From a virus, in the IMG/VR virus record IMGVR_UViG_3300045988_021436, positions 1-54,857 of that record: a DNA stretch of 54,857 bases. One strand, written 5' to 3'. Position 1 is the stretch's first letter. Each line of letters starts with the position of its first letter. Below the pieces are notes generated by a model that was not told the origin of the DNA, ran no database searches, and worked only from the letters and a program-made list of their open reading frames with translations. Made by a program: the position numbers and the translations under genes. This document shows, one piece after another, positions 5,373-16,038 of the stretch.

Positions 5373-8244
5373 ATTTATCCATCCTTTCTGTTAGTGTTGC
5401 TAGTTGTTGTTTTAGGGTGTCTATTTCTTGTTGCTGAATTTGAGCCATTTTAATTAGATACGGGGTGAATTTTGAGTAATCTACCCCTGGGAATACATAT
5501 TCCTCACCATTTAGAAAGTGTTCTTCATAATCCTTATCTTTGCAAACGGCAACCGATGGTATTATATCCTTTACCTCTTCGTAAATTACACCCCTTTGGT
5601 TTTTGCTTCCTCCGTTGATATAATCAAAAGATACTACATTTACGTATAATATCTTTTTTGCTTCTTCGTTTGATAGCGGTTCAATATTCTTTTTTGCAAG
5701 CCTTGTGGATATGTTGGAAATGTTCGATGCCTCAATCGTTCCTCCGAAAAACATATAATACCCCTCATTCCAATCACCTGCCATCGAATCATGTCTAACA
5801 TAAAATGGTATATGCACAACATCATCATCACCCAAAAACCCAAAACCTATATGGATATATCTGGAAGTATGGCTACTTGATGTATTAACCATTGCAACAC
5901 CGTCCGATGTAAAAGTACCTCCGCTCATACCCTCAAAGTTATTTGATATGGTAAATGTTCCAGAGTCAAATCTTCCATATTCCAAAGAATTTTTAATAAT
6001 GTTCAACAAAGTTGCATTGATTTCTCCGCTTACTTTTGCACCGTTGCATACCATATTTCCATCTTCATCTACACTAAAATTGGTAGAATCAATAGAAATA
6101 TTCTTACTTGTAAGGTTTATAGAACTATTCGCAATAATATCAATTATATCCGAAGCAGTAAGAGAAATATTATCCGCATCTACTGTAAATTCCGTGCCAT
6201 CTTTTGGGTCGCCCGTCAACGCAACCTCTACAATTCTTCCGTTTGCATCTACTTTTAAAACTATCTCTTGCGCCTGTTGCGAAATCTCGCTAGATAAGTT
6301 TTCAGATATTTTTTTGAACGTATAAGTTGGCTCATTTAATAAAATTGCGACTTGCCTACCGGAAAGCCAATGAAAACCGTTACACTTCCACGCTTTTCCC
6401 GTTTCTTGGTCTAAATAAAATTCGCCGTATTGTATGGTTTCTGAATAAACATATGGTTCTCCTGTTTCCATGTGTCCATCTATTCCATATCCGTACTCGC
6501 TTATATTTACTTCGTTTCCGTTAGCGTCTACTGTTTCCCATGTGTCTTGTGATTTTGCAACAGTGCTTTCTATACCCTCTTTGCTAATTTCAATAGCACT
6601 GTTCATTTCTTCTGTCGTTGAATAATTCTCAAATTTTGAATTAACAGATGCAGTTATGCTTTTTTCTGTCTCTTCTATTGATGATTGAATTGTCTCCGTT
6701 GTCTTTTTTAATGGTCCGTTATACTTAAATATATATTTTTGATTTTCTGCATCATAAACAGGATCCCAACTATCACCCGTATCAACCTTTACATATAATT
6801 CTTTTTCACCACTTGGCGATATTCCACTTGGAGCAGATGTGCCATATATGATTTTCCATCCGTTTTCTTCGTATTTGCTTACGTCCCACTTGATTTGGGT
6901 GGAAGAAACAATACTTGTGATACTTTCTGCGGTTTGCTTAATTTCTGACTTCAACCCTTTTTCAACATTGGCAATTGTAGAACGTGTTTCATCAATGCTT
7001 CGTTCTAATACATTACTTCTGCCTTGTAATTTCTTAATCTGACCGCTAGTAGAATTTACATCAACCGACCTGTATTCTTCTCCGTTAGATTCAAATTCAT
7101 CTGTAAGAGATTGGCAACCTTTTAATGTACGATTTATAACATAAGAATAAAGAATTGCACTATTCGTAACAATCTTGATAATATCCCCAACAGTAACACA
7201 CGGATTTCCTATCACATTGGCTTTAATCGGTGTATATTTGGCTTTTTCTATTACTGATAATATATTTGTACCAACTGTCTCTAATTCCGCATCAGAAAGG
7301 CTATATGTTAAAAAATTGCTATTTACAACATACTTGTTTCCATCAGTACCCACCGTCATTCCAATATCATTATCTTCTTGAATAATCTGCACTTGTGTAA
7401 TTGGTTGCACATCAAAATCTTCATACTCTGTTGCTTCGTATTGCCAATTGTAAATAACAACTCCTGTATTATCACTTGCCGGGTATAAATCATTTTTAGG
7501 GAACAAATCGTCAGCCGGGAACAATTCCTTTGCAATTGTTTGCAATGTCACATATTCAAACTTTCCGTCTCTGTTTATGTGACCAAAACAACCATTTAAT
7601 TCGCATATAGCTTCAATTACCGTACTTCCGCTAAGCGTTTCTCCGATAGTGCCATCTTCGTTAGGAACAATTTCTATTGTCTTACTTACAACCATTCCGT
7701 CATTAGGCAATGTAACATCTACTTGATCTATACCAAAGTGCAAAAATAAACTATCTCTAAATTTCTTTAATGTGGTTGTACTGTATGTTACAACTGTTGT
7801 TTCGTTGCCATCTTCATCTGTTGTGGTTGTTGTATTTGCCTTAAACTGATTATTGTACCATGCCGCTACATCTGCATGAATAATATCGTACATACTATCA
7901 TAAGCAACTATATCAATGAAATCTCTGTCAGCCGTAGGCTTTGCACTTGCAATCTTGTACTTACCTATCTGCATAGGACTATCTGCCTGACCGCCTAAAA
8001 CCTCACTAATTGTAATCTTTTGCCCTACAAGTCGGTTAGGAATCGCAAATATACGAAACTTAACACAACTAGCTTCACACGCACCAAATCGCAATTCATC
8101 TTCCGAACAAATGCTTTCCTCTAACTCAAATTCTTCACTATAAATCATTGAGTTATCAAGAATTGTTCCATTTTCTAATTCAATTTTTAATTGCTTATCT
8201 ATACTGTCTTGCCAATATAAATCCTTATGGATATAATCAATCAC
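5353..8244 (-). CDS. Tail-associated protein (Tal-like N-terminus) with a C-terminal S74-type intramolecular chaperone domain
   Basis: 963 aa, positioned after TMP and a Dit-like gene. The C-terminus (...SNISTRLAKKNIEPLSNEEAKKILYVNVVSFDYI...IDTLKQQLATL) resembles the endosialidase / tail-spike chaperone auto-cleavage domain. Confidence 0.65.
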   Translation of the reverse strand: MIDYIHKDLYWQDSIDKQLKIELENGTILDNSMIYSEEFELEESICSEDELRFGACEASCVKFRIFAIPNRLVGQKITISEVLGGQADSPMQIGKYKIASAKPTADRDFIDIVAYDSMYDIIHADVAAWYNNQFKANTTTTTDEDGNETTVVTYSTTTLKKFRDSLFLHFGIDQVDVTLPNDGMVVSKTIEIVPNEDGTIGETLSGSTVIEAICELNGCFGHINRDGKFEYVTLQTIAKELFPADDLFPKNDLYPASDNTGVVIYNWQYEATEYEDFDVQPITQVQIIQEDNDIGMTVGTDGNKYVVNSNFLTYSLSDAELETVGTNILSVIEKAKYTPIKANVIGNPCVTVGDIIKIVTNSAILYSYVINRTLKGCQSLTDEFESNGEEYRSVDVNSTSGQIKKLQGRSNVLERSIDETRSTIANVEKGLKSEIKQTAESITSIVSSTQIKWDVSKYEENGWKIIYGTSAPSGISPSGEKELYVKVDTGDSWDPVYDAENQKYIFKYNGPLKKTTETIQSSIEETEKSITASVNSKFENYSTTEEMNSAIEISKEGIESTVAKSQDTWETVDANGNEVNISEYGYGIDGHMETGEPYVYSETIQYGEFYLDQETGKAWKCNGFHWLSGRQVAILLNEPTYTFKKISENLSSEISQQAQEIVLKVDANGRIVEVALTGDPKDGTEFTVDADNISLTASDIIDIIANSSINLTSKNISIDSTNFSVDEDGNMVCNGAKVSGEINATLLNIIKNSLEYGRFDSGTFTISNNFEGMSGGTFTSDGVAMVNTSSSHTSRYIHIGFGFLGDDDVVHIPFYVRHDSMAGDWNEGYYMFFGGTIEASNISNISTRLAKKNIEPLSNEEAKKILYVNVVSFDYINGGSKNQRGVIYEEVKDIIPSVAVCKDKDYEEHFLNGEEYVFPGVDYSKFTPYLIKMAQIQQQEIDTLKQQLATLTERMDKYEQGLQ

Positions 8245-8672
8245 CGTGTTTTACCTCCATATCCGATAAATGCAATTCGTGTAGAGTTATATTTGATAAC
8301 GTTTTCATCTGCAAAATACAAGGTTGGTGTAATGTCCGGTACATAACATTTTTGAGTTACATATTTATTCAACTCCGGAATCCATGCCGTTACATTGCAA
8401 CTCTTTTCAACCTTATCAATGTATTGTTGTTCCAATTTACTGAAAAACTCTGCATAATCTTCATCTGTTTTCATAGGTGGTATCTCGAACTCTGTCTTAA
8501 TAATCGTGTTTTTTAGTGCCGTTCTATGTAACATTCCGTCTGTATCTCTGGTTGAATCTAAATCTTGACCGGAATTAAAAGGCTTATATGTGTTAGCAGA
8601 CATCCACTTAAGAGGTATCTTCCAATCTCCTACCTTTATCAGATAACCGCCATAATTACTTTTCTTTGCCAT
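8241..8672 (-). CDS. Small distal-tail-type protein (call based on position)
   Basis: 143 aa, immediately downstream of the tape measure gene and overlapping the next gene. Confidence 0.4.
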   Translation of the reverse strand: MAKKSNYGGYLIKVGDWKIPLKWMSANTYKPFNSGQDLDSTRDTDGMLHRTALKNTIIKTEFEIPPMKTDEDYAEFFSKLEQQYIDKVEKSCNVTAWIPELNKYVTQKCYVPDITPTLYFADENVIKYNSTRIAFIGYGGKTR

Positions 8673-8724
8673 GTAATCACCTCAATAAAAAGCACCTACC
8701 CAATCATGAGTAAGTGCTTAATTT

Positions 8725-11700
8725 TTAAAAGCTGTATGCTTCTTTTCCTGTTCTGTTGTAATAATCTCTTGCGTAAGACCTACTAGCCTTGCCTATGTCA
8801 TTCTTTGAAATGCCAAATTCTTTCGCAAGAATACCTTGTAACAATTGGTTCTGTTCTCTTAAGTATTCCATTTCCTGTTGTGAAGTTGAATAAATCGCAT
8901 CCCGAATACCTGTAATTTCTGCCCCACCGGCTACGGCAGTTTTACCGCCCACAGTACCGGCAATCTCCGGTATTCCATTTTCGCCAGCCATAAACAAGCT
9001 GTATTTTTGAGGATAACCACCGTTGGCATATCCTTTAAAAGTTGGAACATCATTAATTTTTTTACCTACAAACGGTATTTTATCAACCATATTATTTATA
9101 CTTCTTGCTATTGAGTTCCACGCACGTTTTATAGGTGCCGTAAAATTATCTGTAAATGCAACACTTAACTTCTTTGCTTTTCCAACAATAGAATCCCACG
9201 CATTTTTAACTTTTTTAAGCTTAGAAGAAACACTGTCTTTAAACGAAACCTTTAATTTCTTTGTTCCTTTTTTTATTCCATTCCACTGCTCTTTTATATT
9301 CTTTAATTTATCCGCACCGTCAGCTTTTACGTTTGCAACAAAATCTTTCGCTTCATCTGTTTTATTTGCAAACCAATCTTTTATCTGTTGAGCTTTCTCA
9401 TCAATTTTGCCAACAACATTCATTGTAAATTGAATGACGTTTCCCGGTAATGCTTTCATTTTTTCTACAATATCACTTATCATTTGTGCCCCGGCATTTA
9501 CAACCTCATCGGTTGTTATCGTTTCATCACCGCTTACCCACCTAAGTGCCGGTGTTAATGATATGTCAACCACCGCACCATCAGATATTGCATTTCCTAT
9601 TTCTGACCATGAAATATCCTTTGTTAGCAAGCCCTTTATAATATCGCCAATACCGCCTTGCGCTTCTTCGCCCGTTACATCCTCATAGTATTGCTCTCCA
9701 AACTTCAATCCCATAACAAGTGCTAACGTTGCCGAAACAACAAAGCCACCAATAGGAAGCAGTTTAGGAAGTGTCGATGTAAAAAATGCAGTTAATCCAG
9801 GAACAAGGCTAGTTAGCGCCCATGTCTTTAACGATGCCCCCAATGTTCCCGCAACAGCCATTCCGCCAATGGATGCAATTGGTAACGCAATTGAAAGCCC
9901 AACTAGCGAAACACCTATTGTTCTTGAAATGGCTATCGTGTCTCCATCTTTCATTATCCAAGCAGCTATACCATCCGATATGTTTTGTATTCCTTGCACA
10001 TTATCATATAGCCAATTGCCAATCTTAAAACTTGTAATTGCCGTTGCAATAGAAAGGCTTACTGCAACAGACAAAGGAACCGTTTTCTCTCCAATACCTG
10101 TTGAAATCTGCGTTTTCATAAGTGTGTTTAATGCTCCGGCAACAATTTCTTTACCACCATGAAACCACTTAAACGCACCGACCGTAATAGCAATTGTGTC
10201 TAAGTCTAAGTTTGTAAGAAACTCCATGCCGCCTTTTAAAATATCAGACCATGATATTTTTTTCAGTGCGGTAAGAACTGTTGTTTTAATTCCATCTACC
10301 CAAACATTAAGCGTGTTCGCCAATGATGCAAAATCAAACGTCTGGAAGAAATTATTGATACCGCTTGCGATAGATTCTCCAAAGTCCTTAAAATCAAAAT
10401 TTTCGCCGAATGATAGAGCGGCATATATAGCAGTGTTCAAAGAACCGGCAATTGTTTTTCCTACTGCTCCGAATAACTCCGGACTAATCAAACCATTAAG
10501 GAAATCTGCTAATCCTTTACCAAAGTTTCTAGCGCCCTCATACACATTATTCCACTGGATTTTATTGAAGGAATTTGTCAGTGTAGTGCCGATATATTCT
10601 CCCAATTCTTCGAGCGTGTCAATACTACTTTTAAACAATCCCTCTGTTTCTTCTAGCTTGTATTTCAGCCCGTTTGTGTCTTCTCCGCCGTCACCTGTTC
10701 CACTTCCGCTACCTTTACCACCAGAACCGCTACCGCTTTTATCTGTTGTTAATACGTTTAATTCATCAACACCCTGTAACTGTTGTCTTAACTTCTTTGC
10801 ATTGTCAGCAGCTTTTCCGGTTCCACTTGCCAAATCATCTGCGCTATCAGATGCAGTTTCAAAATCATCCGCAATTGAACCGGCTTGAATTTCAATCTTC
10901 CAACCGAATATCTTACCTAATGCATTTACCACGTTATTAGCAAACGTTATAACCGCACTCATAGCCTTATTTAAGGCTTGAACAAGTGGTTTTAACATAT
11001 TTATAAAGGCATTACCTAAAACAGCACCTAAAGCCTTTACTTGCTCTTTTAGAATACGGATTTGGTTCGCCCAATTCTGTGAAGTTCTGGCAAAGTCACC
11101 CTGTACATTTGCGGTATTTTCCATTACATACTGATAACGCAACATAGTTTTCTGCAATTGTGTCATGGAAGAAATATTCGCATCTAACCCATTCTTCATT
11201 GCGTACTCTTTTAATGTATTTTGCGTCAAGTCAATACCAAACTTACGCATAGGCTCTGTTTCGCCTGTAAACACACTCCAAAGACTTCTAGCCGCATCTG
11301 CTTGTTCTACATTATAGAAAGATGCTAAATCTGCCGACAATTCAGTAAGGCTAACTGACATATCAGACATCTTCTTAATAGGTGCGCCCATTGCGATACC
11401 CATAGCTTGAAATCTACTAGCAGTTTCTTTTGCAGTTAGTTCAGAAATACCGTATGCCTTTATAGCAGATTTCGAAAACTTCTCTACTAGGTCTGTATAT
11501 TGACCGAATGTATTTACAACAACATTCTGCACCTCTGTTAAGTCGGATGAAATGTCAATTGCACTTTTTACCTTGCCTACTGCTCTAAATAGTAACCAAT
11601 AAGACGCATATACTTTTCCTATTGCCGCCGCAAGGCTAAACGAACTTTTTTTCGCTTTCACAGTAGACGAACTAAACAAATTAAGAGAATTTGTCAGTGA

Positions 11701-12249
11701 CTTAGCCGCACTACCGCTGGCAGAACCGGTTCTAGCCAATTTTGCGAGTGCATTCGTCATGTCAATAAGGTTTTGGCTTACTTTTGGAACACCGGCAAGG
11801 GTATTCATAAGACTTTTCATTGCAGTTGCTAATTTAGGTATATTATCAATTGCATTTGTTGCAGACTTGTAACCCAACTGTGATATTCCCTTTGCCAGAT
11901 CAGAAATATTTTTAGATGTTTCTGCCGTTCCCGCAATCTTGCTTAAGGACTTACCCATTTGTGTCATTGCGGATGCGGCACGGTTAATACTAGCCGTATC
12001 AATCATTGACATTTTAGTTATTCCAGTTGCAATCCTTGTAAAATCAGCTCCTTTAACAGAACTCATACCTTGCATTGAGGTTGATAATTTTTGAACACCA
12101 TTCGCAAGCCCGGTTAAATTTCCTGTATTTAAAGTACCTAACGATGCAGAAAGTTTCGATATGTTGTTAATCAGCTTATCTATTTGGTTGTTTGCCCTAG
12201 TTGCACTTGCGCTGATTTTTATATCCAAGCTATCTACTTCTGCTCCCAT
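8725..12249 (-). CDS. Tape measure protein (1174 aa)
   Basis: Called from its size, its position after the chaperone pair, helical Ala/Ser/Leu-rich repeats, hydrophobic central segments and a Gly/Ser-rich linker. Confidence 0.9.
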   Translation of the reverse strand: MGAEVDSLDIKISASATRANNQIDKLINNISKLSASLGTLNTGNLTGLANGVQKLSTSMQGMSSVKGADFTRIATGITKMSMIDTASINRAASAMTQMGKSLSKIAGTAETSKNISDLAKGISQLGYKSATNAIDNIPKLATAMKSLMNTLAGVPKVSQNLIDMTNALAKLARTGSASGSAAKSLTNSLNLFSSSTVKAKKSSFSLAAAIGKVYASYWLLFRAVGKVKSAIDISSDLTEVQNVVVNTFGQYTDLVEKFSKSAIKAYGISELTAKETASRFQAMGIAMGAPIKKMSDMSVSLTELSADLASFYNVEQADAARSLWSVFTGETEPMRKFGIDLTQNTLKEYAMKNGLDANISSMTQLQKTMLRYQYVMENTANVQGDFARTSQNWANQIRILKEQVKALGAVLGNAFINMLKPLVQALNKAMSAVITFANNVVNALGKIFGWKIEIQAGSIADDFETASDSADDLASGTGKAADNAKKLRQQLQGVDELNVLTTDKSGSGSGGKGSGSGTGDGGEDTNGLKYKLEETEGLFKSSIDTLEELGEYIGTTLTNSFNKIQWNNVYEGARNFGKGLADFLNGLISPELFGAVGKTIAGSLNTAIYAALSFGENFDFKDFGESIASGINNFFQTFDFASLANTLNVWVDGIKTTVLTALKKISWSDILKGGMEFLTNLDLDTIAITVGAFKWFHGGKEIVAGALNTLMKTQISTGIGEKTVPLSVAVSLSIATAITSFKIGNWLYDNVQGIQNISDGIAAWIMKDGDTIAISRTIGVSLVGLSIALPIASIGGMAVAGTLGASLKTWALTSLVPGLTAFFTSTLPKLLPIGGFVVSATLALVMGLKFGEQYYEDVTGEEAQGGIGDIIKGLLTKDISWSEIGNAISDGAVVDISLTPALRWVSGDETITTDEVVNAGAQMISDIVEKMKALPGNVIQFTMNVVGKIDEKAQQIKDWFANKTDEAKDFVANVKADGADKLKNIKEQWNGIKKGTKKLKVSFKDSVSSKLKKVKNAWDSIVGKAKKLSVAFTDNFTAPIKRAWNSIARSINNMVDKIPFVGKKINDVPTFKGYANGGYPQKYSLFMAGENGIPEIAGTVGGKTAVAGGAEITGIRDAIYSTSQQEMEYLREQNQLLQGILAKEFGISKNDIGKASRSYARDYYNRTGKEAYSF

Positions 12250-12314
12250 ACTCTCACCAACTTTCTACATATAATGAAAAAAGCGGTACAGTTTTTACAC
12301 CATACCGCTTTAAA

Positions 12315-12863
12315 TTATTTCTTCGTAAGACCTTTAACAATTGCACTTGCCATCTTTTCTGCATTGTATAATTTTACATCGTCACGATCATCTACAAAGC
12401 AACACTCAATCAGCATTGCCGGACTAGCAGTGTGCCGCAACACATACAATCCTGGTCTGTACTTAACACCTCTATTTTTGAAACCTAACTTTGCAATTTC
12501 CTCACATACGGCTTGTGCTTGTGGGATTGCCTTACTGTTGTTGCCATACACCAAAACTTCAACACCGGTTGTTTTTCTGTTTCCTGTCTGATCGAACGCA
12601 CCACTGTTGAAATGAATAGACACATCTAAATCAACCTTATGTGCATTACATTTTTGAACAATCTGTGCTAAATTCTGACCAACACTAGGTGCCTTGTCTA
12701 CCGTGCAATCATATACGGTATGTTTCTGTTTTCTTAACTTTTTAATAACTCTCTTTTTTACTGCTCTTGCTTGCGTGGATTCCTTAATCAACCCAACCGC
12801 ACCACAAGCAATATATCCATCTTTGTTATGCCCTGCATGAATATTAAACTTCATATCATTCAC
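12315..12863 (-). CDS. N-acetylmuramoyl-L-alanine amidase (Amidase_3-type catalytic domain only); candidate endolysin
   Basis: MKFNIHAGHN...VDLDVSIHFNSGA...GVEVLVY...ASPAMLIECCFVDD matches the CwlC/CwlA-type amidase_3 pattern. No wall-binding domain is present. Confidence 0.75.
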   Translation of the reverse strand: MNDMKFNIHAGHNKDGYIACGAVGLIKESTQARAVKKRVIKKLRKQKHTVYDCTVDKAPSVGQNLAQIVQKCNAHKVDLDVSIHFNSGAFDQTGNRKTTGVEVLVYGNNSKAIPQAQAVCEEIAKLGFKNRGVKYRPGLYVLRHTASPAMLIECCFVDDRDDVKLYNAEKMASAIVKGLTKK

Positions 12864-13179
12864 TCTCTTTCTTTGGATGATTTAATTCAAAATTGGCTTG
12901 CATTGCTAAAAGCCCGCCAAGAAACGCTTCACGTTGTTTTTGTAGCCTTTCCTCTTTTGTTGCTTCATCTTCTTCGTAAAGGATAGGTGTTTCCGGGTAT
13001 TCAACTTTTCCCTTATTCATTCCTAACCTTACTCCAAGCGCAGCAGAAATAATCCCGTACTCTCTAAACCTTAAGAACCATTGTTCGTCCTCTAATCTTC
13101 TTCGTTGCTCATATCCTTTCATGCACATTTCAAGCATTTTGGGGTTCATGTGCTTAAACTCTGTAATGGATATTCCCAT
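12856..13179 (-). CDS. Tail assembly chaperone, T-like part (probably made as a -1 frameshift extension of the upstream ORF)
   Basis: It lies in the -1 frame relative to 13212..13685. That frame stays open upstream through the end of the G-like ORF. Confidence 0.5.
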   Translation of the reverse strand: MGISITEFKHMNPKMLEMCMKGYEQRRRLEDEQWFLRFREYGIISAALGVRLGMNKGKVEYPETPILYEEDEATKEERLQKQREAFLGGLLAMQANFELNHPKKESE

Positions 13180-13211
13180 TGAAAAAGCAATAGGGAAATG
13201 GTTTTCCCATA

Positions 13212-13685
13212 TTATTTTGTGCCAGTTGACTTCTTGTGGTCTTGTGGGGTTTTTGTTGTTCTCTTCGGTTTCTGTTCTTCCTGATCTCCGAACATCTCCT
13301 TGATTGCTTCCGTTATCCCCGATAGGTCGAAAAAACCGTCATCTTCCATGCACTTGTTCAATTCATCATACAATCCCTTGTACGATAAACCGTTTTCTTT
13401 CATATATTTTCTCATTAGTGTTTTAGCTTCGTCCGTTGACATTGGATTTTCCTCTAACAAACCGGCATAGAATCCAATTCTGCAAATGCTAGGCATATCA
13501 CTAATCATAGAAATTGAGCCTTTAATTAAATCCCTTGCCGTTGGTTCTTCTACGTCGCTTGCTTCTGAAACTAAATACGCACCAGAACGGACATTGAACA
13601 TTTTCTGAACAAAGTCCTTGTACTCTGCCGCTTCATATAAAAACACCAACTTATATTCCTTATTGTCTACTGTAATAATCTTCAT
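13212..13685 (-). CDS. Tail assembly chaperone (G-like)
   Basis: 157-aa acidic protein between the major tail and TMP genes. Confidence 0.6.
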   Translation of the reverse strand: MKIITVDNKEYKLVFLYEAAEYKDFVQKMFNVRSGAYLVSEASDVEEPTARDLIKGSISMISDMPSICRIGFYAGLLEENPMSTDEAKTLMRKYMKENGLSYKGLYDELNKCMEDDGFFDLSGITEAIKEMFGDQEEQKPKRTTKTPQDHKKSTGTK

Positions 13686-13848
13686 AACTACGTCCTTTTC
13701 CCTTTCCCCTATGTCTTACATAGGAAAGGGGGCAGACCGAAATCTGCCCCTCTTTTTTGCTAATAAATTGTTTCATCAAGTTCCGGTTCTGTATCGGTTG
13801 TACTATCTTCGTCAGCCACAGCAACCGATTTACTCATTGACTGACTAC

Positions 13849-14325
13849 TTATTCCCCCGGTGTAAATGCCACCGTCTCATCTAATCCCTTGTATTCCTCA
13901 ATTGTGAGGTTCATTTCTACTGTAAGTAACTCGTTCTGACCGATTTCCGGCTGTGGGATTTCCTCTGGTGGTTGCGCTACCACAAAGAAAGAATTAGTGA
14001 TACCCGGAATAATAGTCTCAAACCACATTCTTTTACCGTCAGACAGTGCTTTGTATGCAGTAATGAGGTCTTGCCATTCTTTAACAGTATCAGAAGTGAA
14101 GTTTACTGTTACGGCAAACGAACCACCTGTATCCGCACGCCCTTTAACATATCTAGTAATTGAATCCTCTAATGCAGATGCGTCAATCTGTTCCGGCTCA
14201 ATGTTGATACCACCCAAAGCGTTAATTCTTGTCAACTGCTTAAAAGAAGTCGGCTTTGTTCCGGCTGTTGTTTCTGTTCCGTAACCAAAAGTAATTTCTA
14301 ATGTAGAAATACCTGCTGCTGCCAT
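13849..14325 (-). CDS. Major tail protein
   Basis: MAAAGISTLEITFGYGTETTAGTKPTSFKQLTRINALGGINIEPEQIDASALED resembles the siphovirus major tail family. The start was chosen at the ATG after aggaggt; the ORF track starts 7 codons earlier. Confidence 0.75.
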   Translation of the reverse strand: MAAAGISTLEITFGYGTETTAGTKPTSFKQLTRINALGGINIEPEQIDASALEDSITRYVKGRADTGGSFAVTVNFTSDTVKEWQDLITAYKALSDGKRMWFETIIPGITNSFFVVAQPPEEIPQPEIGQNELLTVEMNLTIEEYKGLDETVAFTPGE

Positions 14326-14376
14326 TTTAATACCTCCTATTTTCACATAAAAAAATAAAGCCTTTCGGCTTTTCGT

Positions 14377-14826
14377 TTATTGGTTATCCATTTTCAGTTT
14401 GTCATTTCTTCCTATCACACGCCTAAAACGTGTAGTAGACCGATAGACCTTATCTTGTGACTTAAACTCCGGCATTGATACAATCTCAAACCGTAATTCT
14501 TTCATAACATCTGCAACCACACGCATGATCTGTTTTGCGTCCGATTGCCTTGTGTTCGTTATACAATCAATCTGAAATGTTTCTAACACCGCATTGATTG
14601 ATTGCCCCTCTAAATCTTTTCCTTGCTCCGCTCCGGCTAATTCGTGAACATATATTGTTGGGAATATCGTGCCGGATAATCGGCTTTCCTCATTTGTTAC
14701 GGCATTAGTGAATCTGGTTGTCTTAAATATATCCAACTTCTTCAATCGTGGTATGGCATATGAGTTAATAAGCCCTAACACTTTTGTCTCTATCTCATAA
14801 GCCCATGTGTTATCAACCATTCTCAA
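14377..14826 (-). CDS. Tail completion / tail terminator-like protein
   Basis: Called from position and size (149 aa) upstream of the major tail gene. Confidence 0.45.
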   Translation of the reverse strand: MRMVDNTWAYEIETKVLGLINSYAIPRLKKLDIFKTTRFTNAVTNEESRLSGTIFPTIYVHELAGAEQGKDLEGQSINAVLETFQIDCITNTRQSDAKQIMRVVADVMKELRFEIVSMPEFKSQDKVYRSTTRFRRVIGRNDKLKMDNQ

Positions 14827-15346
14827 ATACCTCCTTTGCCGTTTTTAAAACAATGTCTCTTAGTTGAATTGACGTGTAGTACATAAATGGTCTGCTAGGC
14901 ATACCCTCTGTAAACCACCACTGCCCGTCATCATCTTTGTAAAACCATCCATATCTGCCATCTGATAATTGTCTGATTGTTTTACCGCTTGCATATTCCC
15001 AAGAGACACCATCCGGCAATTCTCCGGGATAAGGTGATTGTTTTCCTACGATACCGGTTCCAAACTCTACAAACATTGCATGATCTGTACCGGCAACAAC
15101 CGACCACACACTTCCGCCCTTTGTGCTTCCCTTATATTCTGCATGAATACTAGAAAGCAGTTCAGATGTAAATATTGCGTCAAGGTCAGCAATTTGCACT
15201 CTCGCAATCTCTACGCCCTTTTCTGCCAACTTTTCGGCTAACAGTTGGCATTTATATGTCAAATCATTTTGATAGGCTCTTAACTGCTTTATAGCGTTTT
15301 CTATGCTACTTTTCGACAATGCGTTGATTGTAATTTTTTTAGGCAT
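14813..15346 (-). CDS. HK97 gp10-like head-tail joining protein
   Basis: Called from position. The GTDHAMFVEFGTG segment is typical of the gp10 family. Confidence 0.55.
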   Translation of the reverse strand: MPKKITINALSKSSIENAIKQLRAYQNDLTYKCQLLAEKLAEKGVEIARVQIADLDAIFTSELLSSIHAEYKGSTKGGSVWSVVAGTDHAMFVEFGTGIVGKQSPYPGELPDGVSWEYASGKTIRQLSDGRYGWFYKDDDGQWWFTEGMPSRPFMYYTSIQLRDIVLKTAKEVFENG

Positions 15347-15354
15347 ATAATCAC

Positions 15355-15834
15355 CTACTCTGCATTCTTTACATTCTTTTGTAACAAAAATAGATCAGCA
15401 GTTAAGCCCTCATCCGCAACACCCTTTGCGGTGTAATCTGCCGACAAACTATCAACAATGGTTTTATCATCGTCTTTATACTTAACATCTGACCTTTTCC
15501 AAACAAGACTACCTACCGTCAATGGCAATGCGCCCTTATCCGCTACAATCTGTGCATATAATGTACTGTTGTCAATACCAAATTCCTTTACAAGCACTTC
15601 GTCAAGCTTGTTGTTAATGCTTGCCTTGAATTTCTCCGGCTTTTCGTATGATGTAGTCATACCGCCTGTTGGCAGTGGTATTTTGTTGCCATCTTCATCT
15701 AAATACGGTATAAAGTTGCCGTCATCATCTGTATATCCATCATACTTAATATTGCCGTTTTCATCTGTTTCGTACTCCGGCACTTCTTCGCCGATTAGCG
15801 AATACGTCATTTCTTGTTGGTTGATTTTTAACAT
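15355..15834 (-). CDS. Hypothetical structural (head-tail region) protein
   Basis: 159-aa acidic protein. The call rests on position only. Confidence 0.3.
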   Translation of the reverse strand: MLKINQQEMTYSLIGEEVPEYETDENGNIKYDGYTDDDGNFIPYLDEDGNKIPLPTGGMTTSYEKPEKFKASINNKLDEVLVKEFGIDNSTLYAQIVADKGALPLTVGSLVWKRSDVKYKDDDKTIVDSLSADYTAKGVADEGLTADLFLLQKNVKNAE

Positions 15835-16038
15835 TTACTCCACCTCTGGAAGTCCGGCAATGCTTGTAAGGATAGATAGCAGTCCGGCTAGTGCGCTTGA
15901 ACTAAGGACGACTAACCAATTTACATCACCCATAGTTGCTGCAACTCCGATTGTCGCAATTGCAGTCTGTGCTACCGTCTTAATTGCTCTAACTCCTGCA
16001 GCTTTTACCCATTGTTTCCAATCTCTCATAGCAATCAC
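15835..16038 (-). CDS. Holin (r1t-type pattern)
   Basis: 67 aa. WKQWVKAAGVRAIKTVAQTAIATIGVAATMGDVNWLVVLSSSALAGLLSILTSIAGLPE has two TM segments and the W..RA.KT.AQT...DV.W...LS...A...S.LTS pattern seen in r1t-like holins. Confidence 0.65.
   Translation of the reverse strand: MIAMRDWKQWVKAAGVRAIKTVAQTAIATIGVAATMGDVNWLVVLSSSALAGLLSILTSIAGLPEVE

Noticed and set aside
10196-10888. Long plus-strand ORFs antisense to the structural genes, for example 10196..10888, 15458..16177, 24948..25505 and 5948..6325.
   Set aside because: They lie wholly inside well-supported minus-strand genes and lack an RBS. Their composition is low-complexity (Ser/Pro/Phe/Leu-rich), typical of the antisense frame of AT-rich coding DNA.
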